From Eledone cirrhosa (Eukaryota): 64,000 bases of DNA. Position 1 is the first letter of the stretch. Each line of letters starts with the position of its first letter. The notes below the pieces were generated by a model. It ran no database searches. It was not told the DNA's origin and saw only the letters and a list, made by a program, of their open reading frames with translations. Shown here in pieces: positions 1 to 11,600 of the stretch. The translations under genes and the position numbers were made by a program. Location of the stretch: assembly GCA_964016885.1 (NCBI GenBank), contig OZ024740.1, positions 425,444,001 to 425,508,000 on the forward strand, written 5' to 3'.

Positions 1-898
1 CTCCTTACTAAATTCTATAGAGACTACTCTAATCTCTCTTTTGAGAGATCCCCACCACCTGCTGTTGACGATGGCGCCCGTCAATCGCTCCTTAACTAAA
101 GTGCTAATCCGGTCCCTGTAAGCCCTACTTGCCGGTAAGGACAAGTTGAGCTTCCAGTAACCGGGTCCCTGTCTATGCATTCTGTCAAGATTGACCATGC
201 AGGTCACTAACTTGTGGTCTGAATAGCCAACCATGAGCATTTTTGGACAGCTTACAAAGTCCTTATCCTTATTTCTAACTAAGAACCTATCTAGGTACGG
301 TACGACCTAGATGATCCGCTGCGGTTTGCCCAAGTCCAGGTTGGCGCAGTCGGAAAATCTAATCGATATCTATCGGCCAGGTCAAATCGACCGATTAACC
401 CTTTGAGACTGTTAAACCCCTCTCTATCGGGACAGGCCCCTGCGTAGTCCCAACGTGCATCTAGGATACCATTCCAGTCCTCCACTAATAGCAAGGAGCG
501 GGACGTCCTCAGAAAAGTCTCCAGACGATGGAAGAAGTCTGGCCGCGTTGACCCGAAAGGGACGTAGACGGCTACCAGCCTAAACGCTCTGCCTTCATCA
601 CTGCCAAGGTCCAGAACCACTAGTCGACCCTTCGGGTCCAAATGTACGGTCTGTGTTGCGAGACCCAGATGTTTTTGCAGCAGAACGACAACCCCACCCC
701 ACCTCCGGGCTGACAGAGAGATGCGTGCATCTCAAAGTCATCAAAGGTGGGGGCCAGCTGTCGCACGTTGCTGATCCGGGCCTCGCAAATAACCATCACA
801 TCTATACGTTGTGACCTGAGGTCATTTAGAAGCATTGCTTGCTTCCAAGTTGAGCCCAGGCCACGCGCATTTAGACAGCCTACTCTTAGCATAGCCAT
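1..898 (-). pseudogene. Family A ORF2 N-terminal APE endonuclease domain; frameshifted
   Basis: ATG at 898 (MAMLRVGCLNARGLGSTWKQ); ORFs 620-922 and 291-641 are homologous to the other ORF2 copies in the window. Confidence 0.88.
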
Positions 899-922
899 GT
901 TGGTGGTGAAGATAAAAGGCAC

Positions 923-2937
923 CTACCTCTCTGCGTCCCGGGTATCGGGCTCTTCGTCTCCTGGGGACCAGGCTGCACAATTTCCATGGGGTGTTGGAGG
1001 GTATTTTTGATGGGGTGGTGGTTTCTCTTCGTCTCCTGGGGACCAGGCTGCACAATTTCCATGGGGGTGTTGGAGGGTTTTTTGGTGGGTTGGTGGTCTC
1101 TGGCGGGATGGGGACGGAGATGTTTGGTGGGGAGGGGGTGCGTCTGGGGTGTGAGTGTCTGGGTTGGGGGTGTGGAAACATTTCAAAAGGGCGCGGTTAT
1201 AGGGTTTGACGCAGGGGTTACCTACGTCGTTAGGAAATTTTTCCTTTAACTGTTTATGTGTGTCCATGGAGATCCTAATCATTTTAAGATTAGGATTCTC
1301 CGAATAGTGTGTAAAAGTTTTCCCTTCGGACTCCACCGAAGGGTTTTTATATATGGTGTCTGTTAAAGTTTTATTGTTAGAATTTATGTAGGTGTAATAT
1401 TTTTGTTGTGTTGTGTTTTTTTTTTCTGTGGTTCTTGTGTGTGTTTACGTTTTGTAGTAGGTGTTTTGTTTTCAGGAGGGGGTGTTTTTGTTTGTGCTGT
1501 TTGCGTCGCTTGTATTGGTGTTTGTGTGTTTGTTGCATTTTTGTTTGTGTTATGTCTTTTCTTTTTTTCTTTTTACTGGTCGGAAAGGCTCTCCCTCACC
1601 GTCACTGGGTGACGATGATGAGGCCTCATCCGTGGTGTTGGGGAGGAGTACATTTTGAGGAGCTGTGTGTGGGTGTTTCTGGAGTTGTTTTAGGTGGGGA
1701 GGGGTTGGGTGGGACTGTGTTTGCAGTTTGGTTTGTTTTTGTGTGTTGTTGTTGTGGTGGTTGTTGTTGTTGTTGTTGTGGTGGTGGTGGTGGTGGTTGT
1801 GTTGTTGTGTTGGGTGTCGGCAGTAGTGCATTTTTTTTATTGAAGTTAATTGAGGACAGGAAGCCCTCAGGTGACCACTGCTTAAACAGTGGTAACATGA
1901 AGGCCGCCTACCCTCAACAGAAATGTTTATGTAGGAATTTCCATCCAGAGGCACATGTTGTGGTATTCTAGCTATCCGTTCTGGTCTCATTTGGACCAGA
2001 ACTTCTAAGCTTGTACCGTTGAATATGACCCTGGAGGACTTTCCTACCGAAATTATTATGTCTTCATTAAAATTGATGAAACCAGCTATTATCCACCAGA
2101 TGTTTACATTTCGTGTGATGGTTGTTATTTTTATTTTTTGGCTCGTTTTTCCCATGTATGTGGGGAAAAAGGTGTAGAGCGGGGACACAATTGGCGACAC
2201 AGAATATTTCTGTGCCGTCAATTGGTCTTTCATTATTATTGATAAACTCCCGAAGAGTTTTCCCTTCTGTATGAAGGCAATGTCATTCATGGAGTTTCTT
2301 AGAACCAGTTCAATTTCGTTTTGAGTTAATTGAGCTGGTTTTCTGGTGGTATTTGAGATTGTCCTAAAAACTATGGTCTTCAGGACAGTGTCTCTACGCA
2401 ATTCTTGGGGAGAAGTGATGCTAAAAGCGCCATCCTCCCCAAAAGTTATATATTGCTTGGCATCTCTTAGCAATTCTCCGGCATTAGAAATGTCAATCTG
2501 TGTATATAGTTCTGTCTTTTAGACAGTTTGTGCAAACGAAACTTTTTTTCCTTGTTTGTGGAGTTGTTCTTGTTGGTGTTGTTGTCATTATTGTTGCTGT
2601 TGTTGGTGTTGTCATTGTTGTTGTTGTTGTTGTTGTTCTCAATTGCTTGATCTGTGGTTGCGGAATTCATTTGTGAAGTTGTGTTTTCGTTCATAGCATT
2701 GTTGTTATTGTTGTTGCTGGTGCCGCTGGTTATGCTGTTTTGATTTGTTGCCATGGCAACATCAAGTTGTCGGTCAGCAAGTGGAGAAAATTCTACCTCT
2801 GGCTGACCTTTGTCTTTGACATCTGCTACTATGACAGTGGCAGGGGGAAGCTGTAAGAATATCTTCCCCTTTCCACCTTCGAATGTTGGTGAAGAAACTT
2901 TAGCCCTTTTTTTTTTAAATGTTAGCTTTTCCCCCAA
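923..2937 (-). pseudogene. Family A ORF1 (Asn-rich N-terminus, RRM-like region, single CCHC zinc knuckle, Pro/Thr-rich tail); frameshifted
   Basis: ORF pieces 2467-2937, 1550-2473 and 923-1336; VEGRRPSCYHCLSSGHLRASC; 75-bp internal duplication encoding GNCAAWSPGDEE twice. Confidence 0.8.
2747..2760. promoter_or_regulatory. Perfect palindromic RFX X-box motif GTTGCCATGGCAAC in the family A 5' region
   Basis: Exact match to the canonical RFX palindrome, ~360 bp inside the element 5' end; also overlaps a candidate ORF1 ATG. Confidence 0.45.
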
Positions 2938-3120
2938 AAAAAAAAACTTTTATGTACTATTTCGCCTAAAGGTATAGAATATTTTGAGAGACTGACCAGA
3001 TCAAAATTTGACCTGGCAGTCCCTCTACAAGTTGATATAAAAATAAAGGTTCACAGTTAGGAATTTCGTTAGAAATTTAAGCAGAACTTACCCAGCAAGT
3101 TTCACGCGTGTGTCCATCCC

Positions 3121-3193
<73 letters not shown>
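3121..3193. repeat. (ATAG)n microsatellite between two minus-strand Tx1-like elements
   Basis: Direct reading. Confidence 0.98.
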
Positions 3194-3194
<1 letters not shown>

Positions 3195-4055
3195 TTCTTT
3201 ATTTGCCAAAAGGGCGTACAAAAATGGGACATTACAAGACCTGACGGCCGGGGTTTTACATAAAAATCATATAACTTTAACATTAATAAATAACAATAAA
3301 CTATATATAATAAAATAACTATTGAAATCCCCAATAGGAGGGAACGTTACTGCAGGGTTGTTTTACACCCCGTGGATAGAACAACCCTCAACACCAGGAA
3401 CACGTTTTGTAGGTGTTCCCGTCTTCCCTCTGTTTATCTTCCTCAACCTACATGTTTATATACAGAGAAGGCCCATTCACTCGGGCCATTTTCGCCACAT
3501 TCACCCACCTTTCAGCGAATTTACTGGGGTGTAGCCCCTCTCTCTCTCTCCACTCTCATCTTTAAGTACCATAGTCACCAGACAGAGGAAAACCTCCTTT
3601 CCTTAATTCTTAAATGAAGGCGGCGGTGTGATCCTCACGATGGACTCGACTGACACGTGACAGTAGCTGTTCGACATAATTCCTTAGGTCGGTCACCCCT
3701 GGGCACTGAACAATTGCGTGCAGAACAGTTTCGATGTCCTGCTCGCTTCTTGGACAGGTTCTTTTAGCAGGATCTCTGCCAGGGCGTCCGTGCCTGTAGA
3801 TTTTGTCTCGAACTGGTAGAGCTCCTCGGTAGCACTGTCAGGCCAGAGACCTCTGGAAGTTATCCATAGGCCCTAGACGGAAAGTCCTCCCGAATAGACG
3901 GGTCAGTTCGTCCTCCTCGATGCCTAGAGTTTCATCGAGAACGCCGTCGCACTTATCATACAATAATCCCCTAAAGAATGTCGAAGTGGAGTCTCCGCTG
4001 ATTGTCGTTTCCGCTAGGTAGAGGGCTGTGAGCGCCTGAAGGCACTAAGGGATTT
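3192..4055 (-). mobile_element. 5'-truncated Tx1-like element (ORF2 C-terminus plus 3'UTR), flanked on both sides by (ATCT)n
   Basis: Minus strand encodes MDNFQRSLA, ALPVRDKIYRHG, CPRS...ETVLHAIVQCP; ends AATAAAGAAATC followed by (TATC)n. Confidence 0.85.
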
Positions 4056-4153
<98 letters not shown>

Positions 4154-4162
4154 TGTGTGTGT
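4056..4162. repeat. Compound microsatellite (ATAG)n(AG)n(TG)n
   Basis: Direct reading. Confidence 0.97.
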
Positions 4163-4564
4163 GAAGAAGATAGAGACAGAGAGAGGGTCAGTGTCAAAAA
4201 ACATGCGGGAAAGAAACGTAGATAAGGTAAATGTATTAGAAAACACTTGATTGAAAACTTGAAGCATTACATCAAGTATATGTGTTTCTCAGACAACAAT
4301 ATTTAAATCCTAACAGACAGTAATCATATTTCTTTGGTACTAAATTTTATATAATTTACAGCAGACGTAAGTAATATAGCAACACATATTAATACAATAT
4401 TGATTTTTAATTTCCTAATGACGTATATTTAGAACAATTGCAGTGGCCAGTTATCTGTCCACTTCAAATAATCATTTGTTGGAGATTTAAACTACGTAGA
4501 CATTTCCCCATTCATGTGAATAACTGCTAATACGGTATGTGTGATTGACGGTGAGATCTCATCA

Positions 4565-4738
4565 CCAACAACAACTATAACAACAACAACAACAACAACA
4601 ACGACGACGATGACGGCAACAACAACAACAACGACAACGACAACAACGACAACAACAACGACAACAACAACGACAACGACGACGACGACGACAACAACAA
4701 CAGCAACGACGACGACAACAACAACAACGACGACGACG

Positions 4739-4775
<37 letters not shown>

Positions 4776-5000
4776 CGACGACGACGACAACAACAACAAC
4801 AACAACAACAGCAACGACAACAACAGCAACGACGACGACAACAACAACAACAACGACGACGACAACAACAACAACAACAACAACAACAACAGCAACGACA
4901 ACAACAGCAACGACGGCAACAACAACAACAAGCACAACAACAACAACAACTACTACTACAACAACAACAACAACAACAACAACTACAACAACAACAATGA
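4565..5000. repeat. (ACA/ACG)n trinucleotide microsatellite
   Basis: Direct reading; source of the poly-T/V/L ORFs. Confidence 0.97.
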
Positions 5001-5129
5001 CACTAAGGATAACAACATAATAATATTTTGTTTATTAATTAGACGGTTTTTCATAAAGATTGAGGGCGGTAAAACTTGGTAAAGTGTAAAATGTCTAAAG
5101 TCTGTCTTGGAGGCTCATTAGGCCGGTGT

Positions 5130-5340
5130 TATGAATACAAGATTCTTCCTCCAGGAGAGGATGCCAGTCCATCACAGGCTTAAACCAGCAGCGACTACCG
5201 GGAATCATTTTCAGCCGAGCATACTGGAACAACGTGAAAGGAAGTGTTTTGTTGACGAAAACGACACACAAGCCAGGCCAGGAATAGAACCCACGACACT
5301 AACATCGTAATATCAACATCCATTAGGTTGTGTGTCTTCA
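5130..5340 (-). mobile_element. Degenerate tRNA-derived SINE (older family)
   Basis: B-box-like GGGTTCTATTCC on the minus strand at ~5281-5292; body (GGATGCCAGTCCATCACAGG...ACTGGAACAACGTGAAAGGAAGTG) resembles invertebrate core-domain SINEs from memory. Confidence 0.5.
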
Positions 5341-5399
5341 TAGAGTAGGATTACATAAAAAGTAAATAACGAAAGTAAAAAAATGGGTAACAATTTCAT

Positions 5400-6770
5400 G
5401 ACACAAAGAGAATTACCAAACAGGTGTAAATATTTCCTGGGCTACTCGTGGCTAAACATTACAAAAAGCCTTTCTGCAATTGTCCCCCTCCAGTTTAGAG
5501 ATTTATACGCAGAACAGGCCCATTCACCCGGAATTTGCTAGCCCTTCTCACCCATCTTTCAGCACATTTGTTAGAAGGCAGCACTTTCCTCTCCACCCTC
5601 AATTTCCTTTTCAAGTAAAATTAGAAAAGGTTTTAAGAGCTTTCTCAAAGAATAAAGTGTCTGTCTTTAGCCCTTTGAATCTTGTCCTCTACTCAAACTT
5701 TTTTGTCTCAGCTACCAGAAAGATTAAAAAAATAATACCTGCACTTTCTTGCAAGAGGAAGCCGGCAGAATAATCTCCAGAATGGACTTAGCTGATGCCA
5801 GGATCTGTCCTAGTTGTGATAGCAACTGTTCGACATAATTCTATGCGGGCACTGAACGAGTACATGCAGGATAATTTCATTGCCCTCCGTGCATCTCGGA
5901 CTCTCACGGCAGACGAGATTTCCGTGCCTGTAGTGTTTATCCCGAACCGGAAACTCTCGACGCCCCCCCCCCCCCCCCCCCCCCTCCCCTGATAGCACTG
6001 TCAGACCAGTGATTTCTGGAAATTATCCATTGGCCCTGGACCATATTTACTTCGGAAAAGATTAGCCAGTTGATTTCCGTCGACATCCGCCTTCTTACGT
6101 CAACGAAACACTGAAGATCTCGCTATCTTGGAGCAGGTCTGCGCATCATTAGGTACGGCATACCTGTTCCTTCGCTTAGCTGGTGTTGTCAGCAAATGGA
6201 TCACCTGTCCAGGGGAACGCGTCCCTTCGACAAAATACGAAAGAGAATGCGTCCAACTTATGTCAGATGCGCAAACCTTGAGCGAGGTACTACGCCCAGG
6301 CAGTAATCTATGACTTATGCGATGTCGACACCTTAATTTGAACTTTCAGAGATAGGTTCCACTTTGCCTAACCTGCTCGTTACCTCATGCCAGTTATTTA
6401 CTACTTGGAGATCTAGACCTAAACCAGATCCCGAGCAATTTCGTGAAAGGTGCCCGTCCTGCGTTGCACGACACTTCTGGATCTCATAGAACTGCCCCTC
6501 CTGTCAGATCGATACTGATAAACCCGATATATTTAGTATCTAACACTACTAAGGTAACATCCTAGTGAACACAGGATTGTCGTCAATGCCTCTAATTTCT
6601 GCAGTTGTGATTCTTGAATCAGTTTATACCGAAGAGATGAGAGGAGATAGCCTTAATGGACAGCCTAAAGGGTTTAGAGAGGTGGCCATTTACTCCGACC
6701 GCTGAGCAAATGTCGCTGTACTTTGCAATAATATATCCCCTGAAATCTGAAGTCCGAAAACTGAAACCGA
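5400..6770 (-). mobile_element. Old degraded Tx1-like ORF2 3' half
   Basis: Remnants of VNGHLSKPF, LLGIWF, GPMDNFQKSLV, VRDKHYRHGN...LHVLVQCP are homologous to the younger copies. Confidence 0.8.
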
Positions 6771-6949
6771 CTGACGTAAAAGTAAATGGTGATTGGAAGT
6801 GGTTTAAACATTTAATAGTGTTTACAAAAACATTCAGTAATGTACTGAAAGAACCAGAAACAACTCTTGGTTGTCTCACCAACTGAAACTCACATTTAAT
6901 CCCCACAAAATCTAAAGACACAATAAGCGACAAATAGAGAAACAAGAAA

Positions 6950-7600
6950 TAGGACTGCATTTAGAAAACATCATTTAAACACCGTCACAGAAATATTAAA
7001 TAAGACTACATGTATAATACATCATTTAAATACTGATATAGAAATATTAAATAGGACTACATTTAAAAACTGGGAGAGAGAGAAATATTATTTACCCCAA
7101 ACATTGTGGAGTGAGAATGATCTAGAATCAAGAAACTATTATAAAAGCATTAAGGGAAAATAATATGAATAGTTATAGAATATGAAGAAAAAATTACTTT
7201 CTTAAATCAAGGAAGCCAACAAAAAACGGTTTACTGTCTTCAAGGAAGCCATGAAATATAAAGCAGAAGCTGAGGTAAGAGACAGTGGTGAGGAGAGTGT
7301 AGAAATAAGAGAAATTATTAAAGAACTATTTAAAACATAATTTATAAAATATTTAAATGGGATTAAAAAGAAGACACTGAGGTAGACGACAGTTGTGAAG
7401 AAGGTGTAAAAACAAGAGAAAATATTTTTAAAATATTTAAAACAATTTATAAAATATTTAAATGGGATTAAAAATGTTATACTAAGCTGTTGACAGGTAG
7501 AGTCCCCTACATGGCCAATCCTTGACAGAATAAAACGTAAACTGAGAAGTGCAGCAAAGATGAGACTAAATAGTTTTTCATTACATGATACTGGTAAATT
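6950..7600 (+). mobile_element. Highly degraded R4/Dong-like non-LTR relic with local tandem duplications
   Basis: CCCCTACATGGCCAA (PLHGQ) at ~7504 and GTCTTCAAGGAAGCC parallel the relic at 43.3-44.3 kb; ~51-bp and ~107-bp tandem duplications at 6950-7070 and 7268-7475. Confidence 0.4.
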
Positions 7601-7684
7601 ATATTAGCGAGGTAAAAGTGCAAAATGGCCGATATTTTTTCGTTCAGTGAAGAAAATATCGAAATAGCAATACTCACTCAAATA

Positions 7685-7893
7685 TATTGGTTTCTGGACA
7701 GCAATATTGGGAGGAGGGCAAAGTCGATAAAATCGACTCCAGTGCGTAACTGGTACTTTATTTTATTGACCCTGTAAGGATGAAAGGTAAAGCTAACCTC
7801 GGCGAGATTTGAACGCAAAACGCAAAGGGCCGTAACTTTATGCCATAAAGCATGTTGTCTGACGCTCTACTGATACTGCTAATCCACCGCCCT
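7685..7893 (-). mobile_element. tRNA-derived SINE (older copy)
   Basis: Homologous to the SINEs at 27341 and 28180 (GGCGGTGGATT head, GTTCAAATC B box, CTTTCATCCTTAC body). Confidence 0.85.
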
Positions 7894-7909
7894 CACTCCT
7901 AAATATAAT

Positions 7910-8093
7910 TGTTTCTACTTTAGGCACAAGGCCAGCAATTACCCAGTGCATTACTGGTACTTTATTTTATCGACCACGTAAGGATGAAAGGCAAAGTCAA
8001 CCTCGGCGGGATTTGAACTCAGACCGTAAAGGGACGTAACTATGCCATAAAGCATGGCGTCCGACCCTCTACCGATACTGCCAATCCACCATA
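7910..8093 (-). mobile_element. tRNA-derived SINE (young copy) with 24-bp target-site duplication
   Basis: Near-identical to 28180-28360; flanked by ACCGCCCTCACTCCTAAATATAAT at 7886-7909 and 8094-8117. Confidence 0.9.
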
Positions 8094-8639
8094 ACCGCCC
8101 TCACTCCTAAATATAATACTGAATATTTGCAACTACTAAAACATGTAATTAGGAACAGCAGCAGCAGTAACAACAACAAAATTAATTCTTTGAAATTGTC
8201 AGGTAACCGGAAGAATAGGTGAAGTATAGCACAAAATACAACAACTAGTACTATAACCATGATAACAAATGGGAAAACATTACCACTAACACAATTATAG
8301 ACACTAGCATAACACTGCGACCACCGCAACTGATGAGGGCGTTATACCTGTTGCTACCTGGCAGGTTAATGAGTTCAGGAAAGACTTCCAAACTCTCTTG
8401 ATCGATTAGTATCTCCCTATGCCTGCCCAGCCCTTCATTCTCACCATTGAACTTGTATCTGTCTATATTCTATTGTTCCTTTACATATGTTTAGTCAGTA
8501 TCCCAACCAATATTTACACGTGTTTCAATATGATGATTACCTCTAGCTCCACCAACTTACCTACTTCCTGTGTACCACTAACACATACTACAATGAAGGC
8601 TAGTAGTAACTTCAATACCGTAACCAAATACATTTTTAC

Positions 8640-11600
8640 TAGTGTTATAGGTGCTCTTCTTGTTGGTACTGCGTCTACTACTGCTGCTGCTGCTGCTGTT
8701 GTTATAGGTCGTCTTGTTGTTGGTACTACGTCTACTACTGCTGCTGCTGCTGCTGCTGTTGTTATAGGTCCTCTTGTTGTTGGTACTACGTCTACTACTA
8801 CTGCTGCTGTTGCTGCTGCTGTTGTTATAGGTCCTCTTGTTGTTGGTACTGCGTCTACTACTGCTGCTGCTGCTGCTGTTGTTATAGGTCCTCTTGTTGT
8901 TGGTACTACGTCTACTACTGCTGCTGCTGTTGTTATAGGTCCTCTTGTTGTTGGTACTACGTCTACTACTGCTGCTGCTGTTGTTATAGGTCCTCTTGTT
9001 GTTGGTACTGCGTCTACTACTGCTGCTGCTGCTGCTGTTGTTATAGGTCCTCTTGTTGTTGGTACTACGTCTACTACTGCTGCTGCTGCTGCTGTTGTTA
9101 TAGGTCCTCTTGTTGTTGGTACTACGTCTACTACTGCTGCTGCTGTTGTTATAGGTCCTCTTGTTGTTGGTACTGCGTCTACTACTGCTGCTGCTGCTGC
9201 TGTTGTTATAGGTCCTCTTGTTGTTGGTACTACGTCTACTACTGCTGCTGCTGTTGTTATAGGTCCTCTTGTTGTTGGTACTACGTCTACTACTGCTGCT
9301 GCTGTTGTTATAGGTCCTCTTGTTGTTGGTACTGCGTCTACTACTGCTGCTGCTGCTGCTGTTGTTATAGGTCCTCTTGTTGTTGGTACTACGTCTACTA
9401 CTGCTGCTGCTGCTGCTGTTGTTATAGGTCCTCTTGTTGTTGGTACTACGTCTACTACTGCTGCTGCTGTTGTTATAGGTCCTCTTGTTGTTGGTACTAC
9501 GCCTACTACTACTGCTGCTGTTGCTGCTGCTGTTGTTATAGGTCCTCTTGTTGTTGGTACTACGTCTACTACTACTGCTGCTGTTGCTGCTGCTGTTGTT
9601 ATAGGTCCTCTTGTTGTTGGTACTGCGTCTACTACTGCTGCTGTTGCTGCTGCTGTTGTTATAGGTCCTCTTGTTGTTGGTACTACGTCTACTACTGCTG
9701 CTGCTGCTGCTGTTGTTATAGGTCCTCTTGTTGTTGGTACTACGTCTACTACTGCTGCTGCTGTTGTTATAGGTCCTCTTGTTGTTGGTACTACGCCTAC
9801 TACTACTGCTGCTGTTGCTGCTGCTGTTGTTATAGGTCCTCTTGTTGTTGGTACTACGTCTACTACTACTGCTGCTGTTGCTGCTGCTGTTGTTATAGGT
9901 CCTCTTGTTGTTGGTACTGCGTCTACTACTGCTGCTGTTGCTGCTGCTGTTGTTATAGGTCCTCTTGTTGTTGGTACTACGTCTACTACTGCTGCTGCTG
10001 TTGCTGTTGTTATAGGTCCTCTTGTTGTTGGTACTACGTCTACTACTGCTGCTGCTGTTGCTGTTGTTATAGGTCCTCTTGTTGTTGGTACTGCGTCTAC
10101 TACTGCTGCTGTTGCTGCTGCTGTTGTTATAGGTCCTCTTGTTGTTGGTACTACGTCTACTACTGCTGCTGCTGCTGTTGTTATAGGTCCTCTTGTTGTT
10201 GGTACTACGTCTACTACTGCTGCTGCTGTTGTTATAGGTCCTCTTGTTGTTGGTACTACGTCTACTACTACTACTGCTGCTGCTGCTGTTGTTATAGGTC
10301 CTCTTGTTGTTGGTACTACGTCTACTACTGCTGCTGCTGCTGTTGTTATAGGACCTCTTGTTGTTGGTACTACGTCTACTACTACTGCTGCTGCTGTTGT
10401 TGTTATAGGTCCTCTTGTTGTTGGTACTATGTCTACTACTGCTGCTGCTGCTGTTGTTATAGGTCCTCTTGTTGTTGGTACTACGTCTACTACTACTACT
10501 GCTGCTGCTGCTGTTGTTATAGGTCCTCTTGTTGTTGGTACTACGTCTACTACTGCTGCTGTTGCTGTTGTTGTTGTTATAGGTCCTCTTGTTGTTGGTA
10601 CTACGTCTACTACTGCTGCTGCTGTTGTTGTTGTTATAGGTCCTCTTGTTGTTGGTACTACGTCTACTACTGCTGCTGCTGCTGTTGTTATAGGTCCTCT
10701 TGTTGTTGGTACTACGTCTACTACTGCTGCTGCTGCTGCTGTTGTTATAGGTCCTCTTGTTGTTGGTACTACGTCTACTACTGCTGCTGTTGTTGTTGTT
10801 GTTATAGGTCCTCTTGTTGTTGGTACTACGTCTACTACTACTGCTGCTGCTGCTGTTGTTGTTTTAGGTCCTCTTGTTGTTGGTACTACGTCTACTATGA
10901 CTGCTGCTGCTGTTGTTGTTGTTATAGGTCCTCTTGTTGTTGGTACTATGTCTACTTCTGCTGCTGCTGCTGTTGCTGTTGTTATAGGTCCTCTTGTTGT
11001 TGGTACTACGTCTACTGCTGCTGCTGCTGTTGTTATAGGTCCTCTTGTTGTTGGTACTACGTCTACTACTACTGCTGCTGTTGCTGTTGTTGTTATAGGT
11101 CCTCTTGTTGTTGGTACTACGTCTACTACTGCTGCTGCTGCTGTTGTTATAGGTCCTCTTGTTGTTGGTACTACGTCTACTACTACTGCTGCTGTTGCTG
11201 TTGTTGTTATAGGTCCTCTTGTTGTTGGTACTGCGTCTACTACTACTGCTGCTGTTGCTGTTGTTGTTATAGGTCCTCTTGTTGTTGGTACTACGTCTAC
11301 TACTGCTGCTGCTACTGTTGTTATAGGTCCTCTTGTTGTTGGTACTACGTCTACTGCTGCTGCTGCTGCTGTTGTTTTTATAGGTCCTCTTGTTGTTGGT
11401 ACTACGTCTACTACTGCCGCTGTTGCTGTTGCTGCTGTTATAGGTCCTCTTGTTGTTGGTACTACGTCTACTGCTGCCGCTGCTGCTGTTTTTGTTATAG
11501 GTCCTCTTGTTGTTGGTACTATGTCTACTACTGCTGCTGCTGCTGTTGCTGTTGTTATAGGTCCTCTTGTTGTTGGTACTACGTCTACTGCTGCTGCTGC

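Larger units (their letters stand above)
1..3120 (-). mobile_element. Tx1-like (L1 superfamily) non-LTR retrotransposon, family A; 5' part, continues beyond window start
   Basis: The 5' end abuts (ATCT)n. ORF1 has CYHCLSSGHLRASC. The ORF2 N-terminus has APE motifs (LRVGCLNARGL, DWNGILD, TWANRSGSSRSYLD, SDH, GPGYWKLN). Confidence 0.9.

Noticed and set aside
8330-8390. CTGATGAG hammerhead-ribozyme-like core
   Set aside because: No properly placed stem II and GAAA or flanking stems could be found.
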